A stretch of 64,000 nt of DNA. It comes from Obrimoposthia wandeli. Taxonomy: Eukaryota. The notes below the pieces were generated by a model that was given only the letters and a program-made list of their open reading frames with translations, did no database searches and was not told the DNA's origin. The stretch lies in contig CDROCS010000506.1 of the NCBI GenBank assembly GCA_977020255.1, forward strand, positions 2,976,001 through 3,040,000, read 5' to 3'. Positions within the stretch are counted from its first letter, which is position 1. The number at the start of each line of letters is the position of its first letter. Made by a program: the position numbers and the translations under genes. Shown here one piece after another: positions 22,852 through 33,787 of this stretch.

Positions 22852-24600
22852 TTAAGCAGTTACAGGTTTACGAGCTGCTTGGATAAGTAATATCCCGGCA
22901 GCAAGTACCATGCTGCCACATAGGATAAATAAAGCTCTACCCGATGGCTCATTTGGAATCAGTGCCATCGTAATGATACCGAAGCCAGCAATGGTGATTA
23001 AGTTACCTAAGATAGAACGTTGTTTTGTATCTAAGTTTTGTTGCTCAACACCTTCAGATAAAACTGGCGTATCCCAGTCGCGGAATAACTCTTCAACTTC
23101 AGCTTCACGCTCAGCGCTACGAGGTTTGAAGAAGAAATAAGACATTAAGAAGAAACCACCAGTAAAGACCACGTGAGCAGCTAAACTTAAGCCAACTTTT
23201 AAGTCATTCCATTCACGCCCTGTCAGTGCAATGTCTAGATTAAACAGGTTCTCAATGTGTTCAGCTGTGAGTGCAAAACCGAAGATGTAAGAAACAAAAC
23301 CACCCACGATTAATGTTGCCCAACCAGACCAATCTGGGGTGTTACGTATCCACATTCCAAGTAGTACAGGGATTAACATAGGGAAACCAATCAATGCACC
23401 GATGTTTAATACGATGTCAAATAAGCTTAAATGCTTCAGTGAGTTAATGAATAGACCAATTGCGATGATTATAATACCCATTGCCACCGTCGCTAGGCGG
23501 CTTGCTAACATAAGCTCTTTTTCTGTCGCTTGATCTTTACGGATAATTGGCGAGTAGAAGTTACGGATAAAGATACCCGCATTACGATTTAAACCAGAAT
23601 CCATTGAGGACATTGTTGCTGCAAACATCGCTGCCATTAATAGCCCAACCATACCTGAAGGCATAACTTGTTGTACGAAAGCTAAGTAAGCTGCATCACC
23701 GGCTTTATTTCCCATGAACTCAAAACCAGCAGCAAAATCAGGCATGAATGCGTTTACATACCAAGGCGGTAAGAACCAAATCACAGGACCAATGATCATT
23801 AAGATACAAGCAAGCCCTGCCGCTTTACGCGCATTTTCACTATCTTTTGCACAAAGGTAACGATAAGCATTAATACTGTTATTCATCACACCGAACTGTT
23901 TCACGAAGATGAATACAACCCAAAGTATAAATATGCTGACGTAATTGAGGTCACTACCTAACATAAAATCGCCGTTGAAGTTATCAACGATATTTAACAA
24001 GCCACCACCGTGGAAATAAGCTGCGATAGCACAAGTAATAGTTACAGCCATAATTACGAGCATTTGCACGAAGTCAGAAGCTACAACGGCCCAAGAACCA
24101 CCCGTTACTGACATCACCAATAACACTAAGCCAGTGGCTATAATCGTGGTTTCCATTGGGATGTTGAATACAGCAGCTACAAATATAGCTAAACCATTTA
24201 GCCAAACACCTGCGGAAATAATGCTGTCAGGCATACTACCCCATGTGAAGAATTGCTCTGAAGTACGACCAAATCGTTTTTTAATCGCTTCAACAGCGGT
24301 CACAACACGGAGTTGTCTAAACTTAGGTGCAAAATAGGCCCAGTTTAGGAAATAACCAAATGCATTGGCTAAAAATAAGATAACAATGGCAAAACCATCG
24401 GTGAACGCTTTACCTGCAGCTCCGGTAAATGTCCAAGCAGAAAATTGTGTCATGAAAGCGGTTGCGCCTACCATCCACCACAGCATCTTACCGCCGCCTC
24501 GGAAGTAGTCACTGGTTGAAGTACTAAATGAGCGGAAAAGCCAACCAATCGCGATAAGAAATACGAAATAAGCGAGTACAACTACAATATCTATATTCAT
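22852..24600 (-). CDS. toaA: Na+/solute symporter for oligo-alginate (ToaA-like)
   Basis: DYFRGGGKMLWWMVGATAFMTQFSAWTFTGAAG, AATMSSMDS, many TM helices; alginate gene context. Confidence 0.8.
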   Translation of the reverse strand: MNIDIVVVLAYFVFLIAIGWLFRSFSTSTSDYFRGGGKMLWWMVGATAFMTQFSAWTFTGAAGKAFTDGFAIVILFLANAFGYFLNWAYFAPKFRQLRVVTAVEAIKKRFGRTSEQFFTWGSMPDSIISAGVWLNGLAIFVAAVFNIPMETTIIATGLVLLVMSVTGGSWAVVASDFVQMLVIMAVTITCAIAAYFHGGGLLNIVDNFNGDFMLGSDLNYVSIFILWVVFIFVKQFGVMNNSINAYRYLCAKDSENARKAAGLACILMIIGPVIWFLPPWYVNAFMPDFAAGFEFMGNKAGDAAYLAFVQQVMPSGMVGLLMAAMFAATMSSMDSGLNRNAGIFIRNFYSPIIRKDQATEKELMLASRLATVAMGIIIIAIGLFINSLKHLSLFDIVLNIGALIGFPMLIPVLLGMWIRNTPDWSGWATLIVGGFVSYIFGFALTAEHIENLFNLDIALTGREWNDLKVGLSLAAHVVFTGGFFLMSYFFFKPRSAEREAEVEELFRDWDTPVLSEGVEQQNLDTKQRSILGNLITIAGFGIITMALIPNEPSGRALFILCGSMVLAAGILLIQAARKPVTA

Positions 24601-24629
24601 ATGAGACCTATACAGGTTAAATAATTATG

Positions 24630-24675
24630 TTTTAATACAAAAATTGTATCTCAGTTTTCTGTATTTGTAATACAA
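24630..24675. promoter_or_regulatory. Tandem GntR/FadR-subfamily operators upstream of toaA
   Basis: TTGTAATACAA at 24665-24675 and TTTTAATACAA at 24630-24640. Confidence 0.65.
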
Positions 24676-24687
24676 AAAGACATGATG

Positions 24688-24703
24688 TGTGACTTGGATC
24701 GTA
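24688..24703. promoter_or_regulatory. Candidate CRP site in the toaA/oalB divergent region
   Basis: TGTGA-CTTGGA-TCGTA (8/10 match). Confidence 0.4.
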
Positions 24704-25030
24704 ACTTTATATTTAAATATAAAAAAACATTTTAATATTGATGGGGATGCAATCGTAATAATAAATTCATTCCCACATAAGTTGATGTGTTTTAATCGCT
24801 TTTAAATCAATGGTAAAAGCTGTTTTTACATGTGCTTTATCGAAGATGATCTTATGAAAAACCTGAAGTTAGGGTATGAATTACCAATGAAGGCGGCTGC
24901 TGGAACGAGTCGTGATTTTTCACTATTTAACAATCAGGTTAAAAATAATTAATGAGTGAATAGTAAAAAATAAAGTGATCTTACGGTCTATTTGTATTAT
25001 TTTATACTTACATTCAAAAAGGAGGTCATT

Positions 25031-27166
25031 ATGCTTTCTAACTTAAATGCAGTTTTATTGGAGCAAGATGAAGTCACCTGTATCCAGCAAGAACGAGGCA
25101 AGAAAAGTTTAATGGGTTTAAGCATCGATGTACTGATTAAAGATACAGACAACTACCTTAAACTGCCAATCGATGTGCCGGGTCATAGCGCTGCAGGCGG
25201 TTACGCACACAACAAGCACCAATTAAACTGCAAATTTATTGACCAAGCTGGTCGTTTGTTCCTTATTACTGGTGATGAAAAGTATGCGCAATTTACCAGT
25301 GATGTATTAACACAATACGCTAAACGCTATTCAGAACTTGAGTTCCATGAACAACGTAATACCAATCCCCCTGGTCGTTTATTTCATCAAATGTTAAACG
25401 AACATGTGTGGTTACTTTATGCGAGTTTAGGTTATAGCTGTATTAGTCACTGGTTATCAAGTGAAAAACGTCAACATATCATCACGTGTTTATTCGAGCC
25501 AATGTTAGAAGTCGCCACTGTAAAATATCATTTCGACTTTGATCGTATTCATAATCACGGCGTTTGGGCTGTTGCTGCTACGGCTATTTGTGGCGCTGCT
25601 ATTGGCCAAGAAAAATACATTGATATAGCATTACATGGCTTAGCTGGTGATGATAAACAGGGCGGTTTTTTAGCACAGCTGACTCATTTGTTTGCACCAT
25701 CGGGCTATTACATCGAAGGTCCTTATTACCATCGTTATGCAATCCGCCCTTTATGTTTACTTGCAGATCTCACTCAGCGTTTCCGTCCAGAACTTGATAT
25801 TTTTAACTTTAAAGGTCAGATTGTTGGTAAGACGATCCAATCACTTTTATCGACGGCTTACCCTAATGGTGTATTCCCATCATTAAACGATGCATCAAAA
25901 AGCATGGATATTAAAGATGAAGGGGTAGTGATTGCAGTTAGTTTATTTGCAAAGTATTACGCTGAAGATAAAAATCTATTTGGTATTGCTAAAATTCAAC
26001 ATCAAGTTTGGGTTAGCGGATGTGGTTTAGCATTATCGCGGTCGTATGAAACACAAGAATCGGTTGATATGCCTTGCTTACCAAGTATTGAATTAAATGA
26101 AGGTCCCAATGGCGATAAAGGCGCACAAGGGGTTATCCGAATGCAAAACGAAGAAGGTAAGGTCAGTCAACTCGTGATGAACTATGGCCAGCATGGTATG
26201 GGGCATGGCCATTTTGATACACTCGGTATTACTTACTTTAATCATAATCAAGAAGTCTTACGTGATTATGGTTTTGGTCGTTGGGTTAATGTTGAGCCCA
26301 AATTTGGTGGCCGTTATCTTGATGAAAATAAATCATATGCACGTCAAACCATTGCCCACAATGTTGTGGCTGTCGATGGTGGATGTCAACATAACTTTGA
26401 TGTCGAAATCGCGGATAATAAACACGGTGTGCCACACTTCTTTATCGGATCAGGAAAGATACAAAGCATGAGCGCTTATGCACATGACTTTTATCCCGGA
26501 GTTGACCAGCAGCGTACCGTCGTTTTAATTGACCATGAGCTATTTGAGCAACCGCTATTAATGGATTTATTTCGCTTAAGCAGTGAAGACACACACCAGT
26601 ACGATTACGCATTACAGTATCAAGGGCAAATTGTGCGAACTAACGTAGTGTTAGATCAACATCAGCAACTCAATACTCTGGGTAATAGCTGTGGTTATCA
26701 GCACTTATGGAACGTTGCTCAGGGGCCAGCGCAAGACACAGCATTGGTTAGCTGGCTACAAGGCGAAAGTTATTACACTTGGCTGAGTGCATCATCAGCA
26801 AATGATACGTTGTTCTGTACTAGAACAGGGGCAAATGACCCCTCATTTAATTTACGTAGTGAAACGAGCTTAGTACTACGTAGAGAAGCTAAAAATAGCT
26901 TATTTGCGAATGTATTAGAAACGCACGGATATTTTAACGAAGCGATTGAGGCAAGCCTTGACGCCCGCGGTCAAATCCAAAAAATTAATGTGGTTGGCTT
27001 TAACGATACGGCATCTGTGATAGAGATTACAGGTGACAATTTTGCTCTGACGGCGATGATTAGCAATGACCCGAGTGTAACAGAGCAAAGTCAAACCACC
27101 GTAGAATTCAATAACAAATTATACAGCTGGCAAGGATTTCTAGCCGTTGAAACAACGAGATCTTAA
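25031..27166 (+). CDS. oalB: Oligo-alginate lyase, PL17 (OalB-like)
   Basis: YYIEGPYYHRY, HGMGHGHFD, WVNVEPKFGGRY; GGAGG RBS at 25021-25025; no signal peptide. Confidence 0.85.
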   Translation: MLSNLNAVLLEQDEVTCIQQERGKKSLMGLSIDVLIKDTDNYLKLPIDVPGHSAAGGYAHNKHQLNCKFIDQAGRLFLITGDEKYAQFTSDVLTQYAKRYSELEFHEQRNTNPPGRLFHQMLNEHVWLLYASLGYSCISHWLSSEKRQHIITCLFEPMLEVATVKYHFDFDRIHNHGVWAVAATAICGAAIGQEKYIDIALHGLAGDDKQGGFLAQLTHLFAPSGYYIEGPYYHRYAIRPLCLLADLTQRFRPELDIFNFKGQIVGKTIQSLLSTAYPNGVFPSLNDASKSMDIKDEGVVIAVSLFAKYYAEDKNLFGIAKIQHQVWVSGCGLALSRSYETQESVDMPCLPSIELNEGPNGDKGAQGVIRMQNEEGKVSQLVMNYGQHGMGHGHFDTLGITYFNHNQEVLRDYGFGRWVNVEPKFGGRYLDENKSYARQTIAHNVVAVDGGCQHNFDVEIADNKHGVPHFFIGSGKIQSMSAYAHDFYPGVDQQRTVVLIDHELFEQPLLMDLFRLSSEDTHQYDYALQYQGQIVRTNVVLDQHQQLNTLGNSCGYQHLWNVAQGPAQDTALVSWLQGESYYTWLSASSANDTLFCTRTGANDPSFNLRSETSLVLRREAKNSLFANVLETHGYFNEAIEASLDARGQIQKINVVGFNDTASVIEITGDNFALTAMISNDPSVTEQSQTTVEFNNKLYSWQGFLAVETTRS

Positions 27167-27168
27167 TC

Positions 27169-29319
27169 ATGAGTTACCAACCACTATTAATCAGCTTTGA
27201 ACAAGCAGCTGAATTACGTCAGCATTTAAATACCGACTCGTTAATGGGTCGCTCTATTGCTGAGGAAATTTCAGCACTTGAAGCCTACATGCCCGTGGGC
27301 ATTGAAATTCCTGGCCACGGTGAAGCAGGTGGCTATGAGCATAACCGTCATAAACAAAACTACATTCATTTAGATTTAGCGGGTCGTTTATACCTTATTA
27401 CTGAAGATCAGCGTTACCTTGATTACGCAACAACGATGTTAGTTGAATATGCAAAGGTTTACAAAACACGCGAGTTAAACATCAGCCGTGACTCAAATAA
27501 ACCCGGTCGTCTGTTTCACCAAACGCTAAACGAAAACATGTGGATGCTATATTCATCGTGCGCTTATTCTTGTATTCGCCATGAATTAACAGAAGATCAG
27601 CAGCAGCTAATTGAAAATGATCTTTTCAAAGTGATGCTAGAGATGTTCGTTGAAACCTATGCAGAGAACTTTGATATCATCCATAACCACGGCCTATGGT
27701 CAGTGGCAAGTGCTGGTATTTGTGCTTATGCAATCAATGACCAAGCAACGGTAGACAAAGCAATCTACGGCTTAAAAGGAGACAGTGTTTCAGGTGGCTT
27801 TATTGCCCAACTAACACAGTTATTCTCGCCAGACGGCTACTACATGGAAGGCCCGTACTACCACCGCTTCTCACTACGTCCAATCTTCCTATTTGCTGAA
27901 ACGATTGAACGTCGTCAACCAGAAGTTGGTATCTACCAATTAAAAGATGAAGTGATCAAAACAACAGCCTACGCGGTAATGTCTACGGCATTCCCTGACG
28001 GTACATTGCCCGCATTGAATGATTCATCTCGTACAATGGATATTAAAGATCTTGGTATTTTATTAGCAACTAATATCTGTTTTGAGCGTTACGAGCAAGA
28101 TGAAACATTATTAGCAATGGCTAAACACCAAGGTAAGGTTTGGGTACAGAACTCAGGTGTAACTATCTCAAATGCATTACTAAAAAATGCGGATGTCGCA
28201 AACTTTAACTGGGGTAGCCTAAGTTTAACTGATGGCGCTGAAGGCGAATGTGGCGGCGTTACAATTTTACGTCATCGTGATACAAAATCTGATGATAGCA
28301 TGGCCCTGCTTTGGTACGGACAACACGGTAGTGATGCTAAACTTCACTCTGCATTAGATCACGGTCATTTTGATGGTTTACACCTAAGCCTATTCAACAA
28401 TAACCAAGAATTCACACACGATTACGGTTACGGCCGTTGGGTAAACGTTGAACCTAAATTTGGTGGTCGATACATTCCAGAAAACAAAAGTTACTGTAAA
28501 CAAACCATTGCCCATAACACTGTGGTCGTTGATCAAGTCAGCCAAAACCAAGGCGTGACAGCGATTGCTCAGCAGCATTTTGGTGAAAAACATTTCATCC
28601 TTTTAGGTGACAGTAAACTACAAGGTATGAGTGCATTTGCACGTGATTATTACCCAGGTGTAGATCAACAACGCACCGTATTAATGGTTGAGCTTGAAGG
28701 GTTTGAAAAACCATTAATCGTAGACCTATTCCGTATGATCAGTGAAGAGCAGCACAGCTACGATTACCCTGTGCATTACACCGGTCAAATCGTCCGTACT
28801 AACTTCGAATACCAAGGTCATAGCAGCTTATCAACAGTGGGTGATGCACATGGTTACCAACACCTATGGAACGTTGGCCAAGGTAAAGTTGAACAATCAT
28901 CTTTAACAACTTGGTTAATGGGCGAAAGTTATTACACATTAATCAGCAGCGCGAACGAAAAAAGTGAATTTATCTTTGCACGTACTGGCGCAAATGACCC
29001 TGACTTTAATCTACGCAGTGAACCAATGTTTATTCTACGTCAGCAAGGTGCAAACCACTTATTTGCTAACGTTTATGAAACACACGGTTACTTTAACGAA
29101 GCGATCGAAGCAAGCTTAGACGCGCGTGGTCAAGTTGATTTTGTCACGATTTTACATTCAGATAATAGTGCTTCTATTGTATCTATTAATCTAATTTCAG
29201 GTAAGAACATTCAGATTTGTGTTTCAAACATCGTTGATGTGAATGATGAGACCGAAAACAACGTAATCGTTAATGGCGAAACAATTAACTGGCAAGGTGC
29301 TGTCGCGGTGTTTGAATGA
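27169..29319 (+). CDS. oalC: Oligo-alginate lyase, PL17 (OalC-like)
   Basis: HNHGLW, YYMEGPYYHRF, LDHGHFD, EPKFGGRY; resembles V. splendidus OalC as recalled. Confidence 0.87.
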   Translation: MSYQPLLISFEQAAELRQHLNTDSLMGRSIAEEISALEAYMPVGIEIPGHGEAGGYEHNRHKQNYIHLDLAGRLYLITEDQRYLDYATTMLVEYAKVYKTRELNISRDSNKPGRLFHQTLNENMWMLYSSCAYSCIRHELTEDQQQLIENDLFKVMLEMFVETYAENFDIIHNHGLWSVASAGICAYAINDQATVDKAIYGLKGDSVSGGFIAQLTQLFSPDGYYMEGPYYHRFSLRPIFLFAETIERRQPEVGIYQLKDEVIKTTAYAVMSTAFPDGTLPALNDSSRTMDIKDLGILLATNICFERYEQDETLLAMAKHQGKVWVQNSGVTISNALLKNADVANFNWGSLSLTDGAEGECGGVTILRHRDTKSDDSMALLWYGQHGSDAKLHSALDHGHFDGLHLSLFNNNQEFTHDYGYGRWVNVEPKFGGRYIPENKSYCKQTIAHNTVVVDQVSQNQGVTAIAQQHFGEKHFILLGDSKLQGMSAFARDYYPGVDQQRTVLMVELEGFEKPLIVDLFRMISEEQHSYDYPVHYTGQIVRTNFEYQGHSSLSTVGDAHGYQHLWNVGQGKVEQSSLTTWLMGESYYTLISSANEKSEFIFARTGANDPDFNLRSEPMFILRQQGANHLFANVYETHGYFNEAIEASLDARGQVDFVTILHSDNSASIVSINLISGKNIQICVSNIVDVNDETENNVIVNGETINWQGAVAVFE

Positions 29320-29346
29320 GTTAAGATTATTCATGGTCTTTAAATC

Positions 29347-29379
29347 AAAGGGAAAGGTTTAATAACCTACCCTTTTTTT
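29347..29379 (+). terminator. Imperfect terminator after oalC
   Basis: AAAGGG-AAAGGTT-TAAT-AACCT-A-CCCTTT plus T7. Confidence 0.55.
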
Positions 29380-29418
29380 ATTCACATTATAGTATTTTTA
29401 ACCTCACCTAGGAATGTT

Positions 29419-31155
29419 ATGAATATCATTGATATCAGCGTTGTTGTCGCCTACTTTATCTTTATTATTGTCGCTGCGATTCTTTTTAAGCGTTTTTCCA
29501 CCAACTCAAGTCAGTTCATTAATGGTGGTGGCGCAATGATGTGGTGGATGGCCGGTGCTACTGCGTTTATGACTCAATTTAGCGCGTGGACATTTACTGG
29601 CGCGGCAGCTAAAGCCTATGAAGACGGTTTCCCTGTATTGATGGTATTTTGGGGTAACGCACTTGGTTTTTTTGTCGCTGCTTACTTTTTTGCTGCCCGC
29701 TTTAGAAAACTGCGCGTCGATACGCCCATGGATGTGATCAAGCAGCGTTTCGGTTTTGTTTCAGAGCAAATTTATACCTGGCTACAATTTCCATTAACAA
29801 CACTTTCCGCTGCTATTTGGTTAAATGGTTTGGCTATTTTTGTTGCCGCGGTTTTTCAAATCGAACTTAGTACCACGATTATAGGTGTTGGCCTTGTCGT
29901 TACTTTTATTTCGGTAAGTGGTGGGTCATGGGCTGTATCAGCAACAAATGTGATCCAATTAATTTTATTGATGGCGATCACTATGGTCGTAGGTGTCGCA
30001 GCCTTAATCCACGCGGGTGGGCCGATGCAATTAATTCAGGATTTCCCAGCAGAGAGCTTAATGGGGAATAATGTTAGCTATTGGCAAATATTTGTAATTT
30101 GGGGCGCAGTCATGCTAACCAAACAAGTGATCAGCACCAATAATGCCATGACCTGCTATCGCTTTTTGGTGACTAGCAATGAAAAAGAAGCAAAGAAAGC
30201 GGCACTTTTCACGGCGATATTATTTATTATTGGGCCGGTGTTATGGTTCGTTCCACCTTGGGTGACAGCCACGTTAGGTGTTGATTTAGCCGCTGTGTAT
30301 CCTAATCTCGGAAATGAAGCGAATAATGCCTCTTACTTGTATTTTATTGAACATTTCATGCCAGCGGGGGTATTAGGTTTAATATTAGCGGCAATGATAG
30401 CGGCCACTGTATCACCGATGACAACCGCTCTTAATCGTAATGCTGGTATATTTGTACGCAATATTTATCAAGTGTTTGCAAAGAATGATGTGAGTGATAA
30501 AACGCAATTAAAAGTAGGTAAAATAGCAACAGTGGTCAATGGTGTACTCGCTATTTTTGCAGCCTTGTTTTTTGCTTCATTAGATAATATCGGATTTTTT
30601 GATCTGCTAATGTTAGTCGGCGCTTTACTGCAAATTCCACTGGCGATACCGGCATTGTTAGCCGTTGTAATCACACGTACACCGGATTGGTCTGGCTGGG
30701 CTACTTTGTTAGTCGGATTGACATTATCCGCTTGTATCCATTTTGGCTTTAATGCTAATTGGTATAGTTTATGGTTTGATACCTCCTTACTGAGTAACCG
30801 TGAAATTATAGACTTAAAAGTGATCTCTGCAGTGGTTGGTCAAGTTATAATTACGGGTGGATTTTTTTGCTTAACAGCGCTGTTTTATAAGCCGAATAAA
30901 GACTCTCAACGCCAGCTCATTTTAAGTACGTTCAGAATGAATTTAAGACGTTCAATCACTACGCGTGAAGAAGCTGAAATAGATAACAGACAAAATATTT
31001 ACCTATCACGCTTGGTTCATGCATTGGCAGTATGCTGTCTGCCATTAGCGTTTTTTGTTGATGATTTATCGCAGGTGATTATTTTCTTAGCTATTTCATT
31101 ATTGATGTTTTTAGCTGGTAAAGCACTGAACAAGCCATCTTTAATGAGTCAGTAG
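29419..31155 (+). CDS. Second Na+/solute symporter (paralogue of toaA)
   Basis: MMWWMAGATAFMTQFSAWTFTGAAA and TRTPDWSGW shared with toaA. Confidence 0.85.
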   Translation: MNIIDISVVVAYFIFIIVAAILFKRFSTNSSQFINGGGAMMWWMAGATAFMTQFSAWTFTGAAAKAYEDGFPVLMVFWGNALGFFVAAYFFAARFRKLRVDTPMDVIKQRFGFVSEQIYTWLQFPLTTLSAAIWLNGLAIFVAAVFQIELSTTIIGVGLVVTFISVSGGSWAVSATNVIQLILLMAITMVVGVAALIHAGGPMQLIQDFPAESLMGNNVSYWQIFVIWGAVMLTKQVISTNNAMTCYRFLVTSNEKEAKKAALFTAILFIIGPVLWFVPPWVTATLGVDLAAVYPNLGNEANNASYLYFIEHFMPAGVLGLILAAMIAATVSPMTTALNRNAGIFVRNIYQVFAKNDVSDKTQLKVGKIATVVNGVLAIFAALFFASLDNIGFFDLLMLVGALLQIPLAIPALLAVVITRTPDWSGWATLLVGLTLSACIHFGFNANWYSLWFDTSLLSNREIIDLKVISAVVGQVIITGGFFCLTALFYKPNKDSQRQLILSTFRMNLRRSITTREEAEIDNRQNIYLSRLVHALAVCCLPLAFFVDDLSQVIIFLAISLLMFLAGKALNKPSLMSQ

Positions 31156-31159
31156 ATAA

Positions 31160-31870
31160 CTAGTCAATCTTTAAGTGACGAAAAGTAGCTTCTGTGCCTG
31201 CAAAACGTTTTTTCAATAAAGCCAGATACAGTTCGCCAGTGGCTAAGGCGTCAATTAATGCACCATGGGCTGGGTATTCAGGTAGTCCATGGCGAATTCT
31301 TATAGAGGCCAAGCGAAAATCAGCCGTTTTTTGATTTCCCTGATGCATACTAAAGGATTTTTCAATACTTAAAGTATCAACCCATAATAATGGGAGCGGG
31401 GGAAGTTGGAAGTGCTCTGCAAGGTAATGGTCTAGAAAACGTTTTTCAATCATACTGCCGTGAGCAATGATGACTTTACCCACTAATGCAGCAAAAAGTT
31501 CATTCATGACATCATGTAACGGACTTCCATTTTCGAGCATTTTGGGCACAATGTGATTGATCACCGCCGTTTCAGCTTTAATTTCTTCTGAAGACTTAAT
31601 TAACGTTTCAACAGCTTGATCAAGTAGTAATAGTTGTTGAGTAATCGGTAGATAACCCACGCTTAATATGTAATCAATTTCAGGGTTAAACCCAGTAGTT
31701 TCAATATCTAACGACATATATTGAAGTTGGTATAAGTCATCATCAATATCTGGTAAAGGGGTTGTTAAGAGTGATCTTATGTTATCTGGAACTTGGTGCT
31801 TATTGAGATAACGCTCGCGCGATCGCTTTAATTTATTGAGCGGGTGGTAATAATTAAATAATTTAAGCAT
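31160..31870 (-). CDS. DEDDh 3-prime-5-prime exonuclease-family protein
   Basis: SLDIETTG, WVDTL, AHGALIDALATGELY. Confidence 0.85.
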   Translation of the reverse strand: MLKLFNYYHPLNKLKRSRERYLNKHQVPDNIRSLLTTPLPDIDDDLYQLQYMSLDIETTGFNPEIDYILSVGYLPITQQLLLLDQAVETLIKSSEEIKAETAVINHIVPKMLENGSPLHDVMNELFAALVGKVIIAHGSMIEKRFLDHYLAEHFQLPPLPLLWVDTLSIEKSFSMHQGNQKTADFRLASIRIRHGLPEYPAHGALIDALATGELYLALLKKRFAGTEATFRHLKID

Positions 31871-31897
31871 GAGTTTTATACCTAATAAGCAATTAAT

Positions 31898-33751
31898 TTA
31901 GTCCCGAGTAAAGCGCAATTTGGCAATGTCTTGTAATTTCGAAATGATTCTAAAAGCATCTTTTAAATGCTTTCTTTCAAAACTGCCAAACACGTTAGGA
32001 TCGATGTGATTATCAGCCTCACGTCCCTCTTTTAGCTCTAATAATTGATGTGAGAGTCGTACTTGGGTTATAAACCTGAATGCACCTAAGACATTTTTAA
32101 GCATCTCTTCACTTAATAGGTTTTGCTCATAAGCATGGGTAAAGCGAGCGGTTGTTTCAGTTTGTTCTGACCTTGATGATAGACCATAGATCCGAGCTAA
32201 ATCCACTAACAGGGTTAACGCGAATTTTTTAATGTTTAGCGTATTTGAGTGTTCACCTGATTTTTCTAAAACCAACGAATTAAAAATACCAAGTGGCGGA
32301 TTCACTGACACTGAATCGCGAACTAAAGCGGGTAAGAAACTGCTGGATTTTTTAATTACTGCAAATAGATGCGTTTGTAGTTCATTGTTAAATAATTCGT
32401 TACCGTATAACCAGCGGGTCTCTAAAAAGACACTGACATTTAGTAAATTATCATTCTGTATCCACTCGCCATAAGAATCCTTCCAAATTTGTAATGGTTG
32501 ACACCACTTAGGGTTTGCAGCCATAAATTTACCCGAGCAAAGCGGGTAGCCACAGGCATCTAATGCATTGCAAACCCACATCGCGAAATGCTGAAAATAG
32601 AGTTGATCACTTTTCGTCGCTTTATTCGATAAAATAATTGCGCTGTCTTGGTCCGATAACATATGTACTTCGTTACGCGCATGTGAGCCTGCAACAATCC
32701 ATGCATAATCACAAGGAATCTTACCAAAGAGACTTTCTGCCATCTGAATTAAACGGCGATTATAAGCATCCATAATCATGGTCATTACATGTCCAATGAC
32801 ATCACCATTCACTTGGCCTTCAACAAGCGCTTCAAAAATTGCTTGGCGTTCTGGCGTGAGTACGAATAGGTCTTGTGTCGTTTCAGCATATTTTATTTTT
32901 TCGATTAAAAATACAGCCTGCATCCTATTATTCCGTACTAAATGGGTTGTTGTTAGTACACCGAGTACCTTATTATTTTCTACGACAGGTAGGCTACGAA
33001 TATGATGTTGCATCATCAATGAAGATGCTTTTAAGACCAGATCATTAGGACTAATGGTCTGGGGGTGTTCAGTCATTACCGCAGATACAGGAGTCTTTAT
33101 ATCGACACCTGTCGCAATCACGCGTTTTGTCATATCGCGGTCGGTGATCACACCTACAATCATGTCATCTTTCATCACAACAGCAGTCGGAGAGCTTGCA
33201 GCCATAATTTCTTTTGCCACGTCTTGAATCGACATATCAGCTTGTACAACGGCTATTTTGTTACTTGCAACTTCAGATACTTTTTTGACAAATATACCCT
33301 TTTCACTGTCTGACCAAACAACATCTAAAGCTGAGTGTAAACGAGTCTGTGCATTGGTTGCAAAATGTTCTGCAAAGGAAGGGTATTTTTCAAGTAGTTT
33401 GAGTAAGTCGTTGTGGGGAATTAAATACAATAATGTACTTTCAAGCGCGGTTGCAGTGTAATCTTCTTCATCTTCTTTTTTGGTATCTAAAAAAGTAAAA
33501 CCAAAGAGATCTTCTTCGCTTAATTTCGCTCGCAGCATACCGTTATGCTTACGTTGTTCCATGGACCCCATGCGAATGGCATATAAATAACCTAACTCAT
33601 GCTCTCCACCAAAATGAACTTGTTCACCTTTAGCTAAATAGGTTATTTTTATCGAAGTAGCAATCTGACGTTGTAGCACCGTTGGTAGCTTATCAAAGGG
33701 GTCTATTTTAGAAATAAAATCGTGGATATTGGGAATAAGAGTCTGCGGCAT
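31898..33751 (-). CDS. cNMP-CBS-CBS-DUF294 nucleotidyltransferase (COG2905-like)
   Basis: N-terminal cNMP-like domain, CBS pair (VGVITDRDM, HIRSLPVV), NTase motif AGSHARNEVHMLSDQDS, DUF294_C (LNIKK..ARIYGL); alternative start 33766. Confidence 0.85.
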   Translation of the reverse strand: MPQTLIPNIHDFISKIDPFDKLPTVLQRQIATSIKITYLAKGEQVHFGGEHELGYLYAIRMGSMEQRKHNGMLRAKLSEEDLFGFTFLDTKKEDEEDYTATALESTLLYLIPHNDLLKLLEKYPSFAEHFATNAQTRLHSALDVVWSDSEKGIFVKKVSEVASNKIAVVQADMSIQDVAKEIMAASSPTAVVMKDDMIVGVITDRDMTKRVIATGVDIKTPVSAVMTEHPQTISPNDLVLKASSLMMQHHIRSLPVVENNKVLGVLTTTHLVRNNRMQAVFLIEKIKYAETTQDLFVLTPERQAIFEALVEGQVNGDVIGHVMTMIMDAYNRRLIQMAESLFGKIPCDYAWIVAGSHARNEVHMLSDQDSAIILSNKATKSDQLYFQHFAMWVCNALDACGYPLCSGKFMAANPKWCQPLQIWKDSYGEWIQNDNLLNVSVFLETRWLYGNELFNNELQTHLFAVIKKSSSFLPALVRDSVSVNPPLGIFNSLVLEKSGEHSNTLNIKKFALTLLVDLARIYGLSSRSEQTETTARFTHAYEQNLLSEEMLKNVLGAFRFITQVRLSHQLLELKEGREADNHIDPNVFGSFERKHLKDAFRIISKLQDIAKLRFTRD

Positions 33752-33787
33752 AAATGATCCATTCAATAGTTTTAATGGTGATAATGC

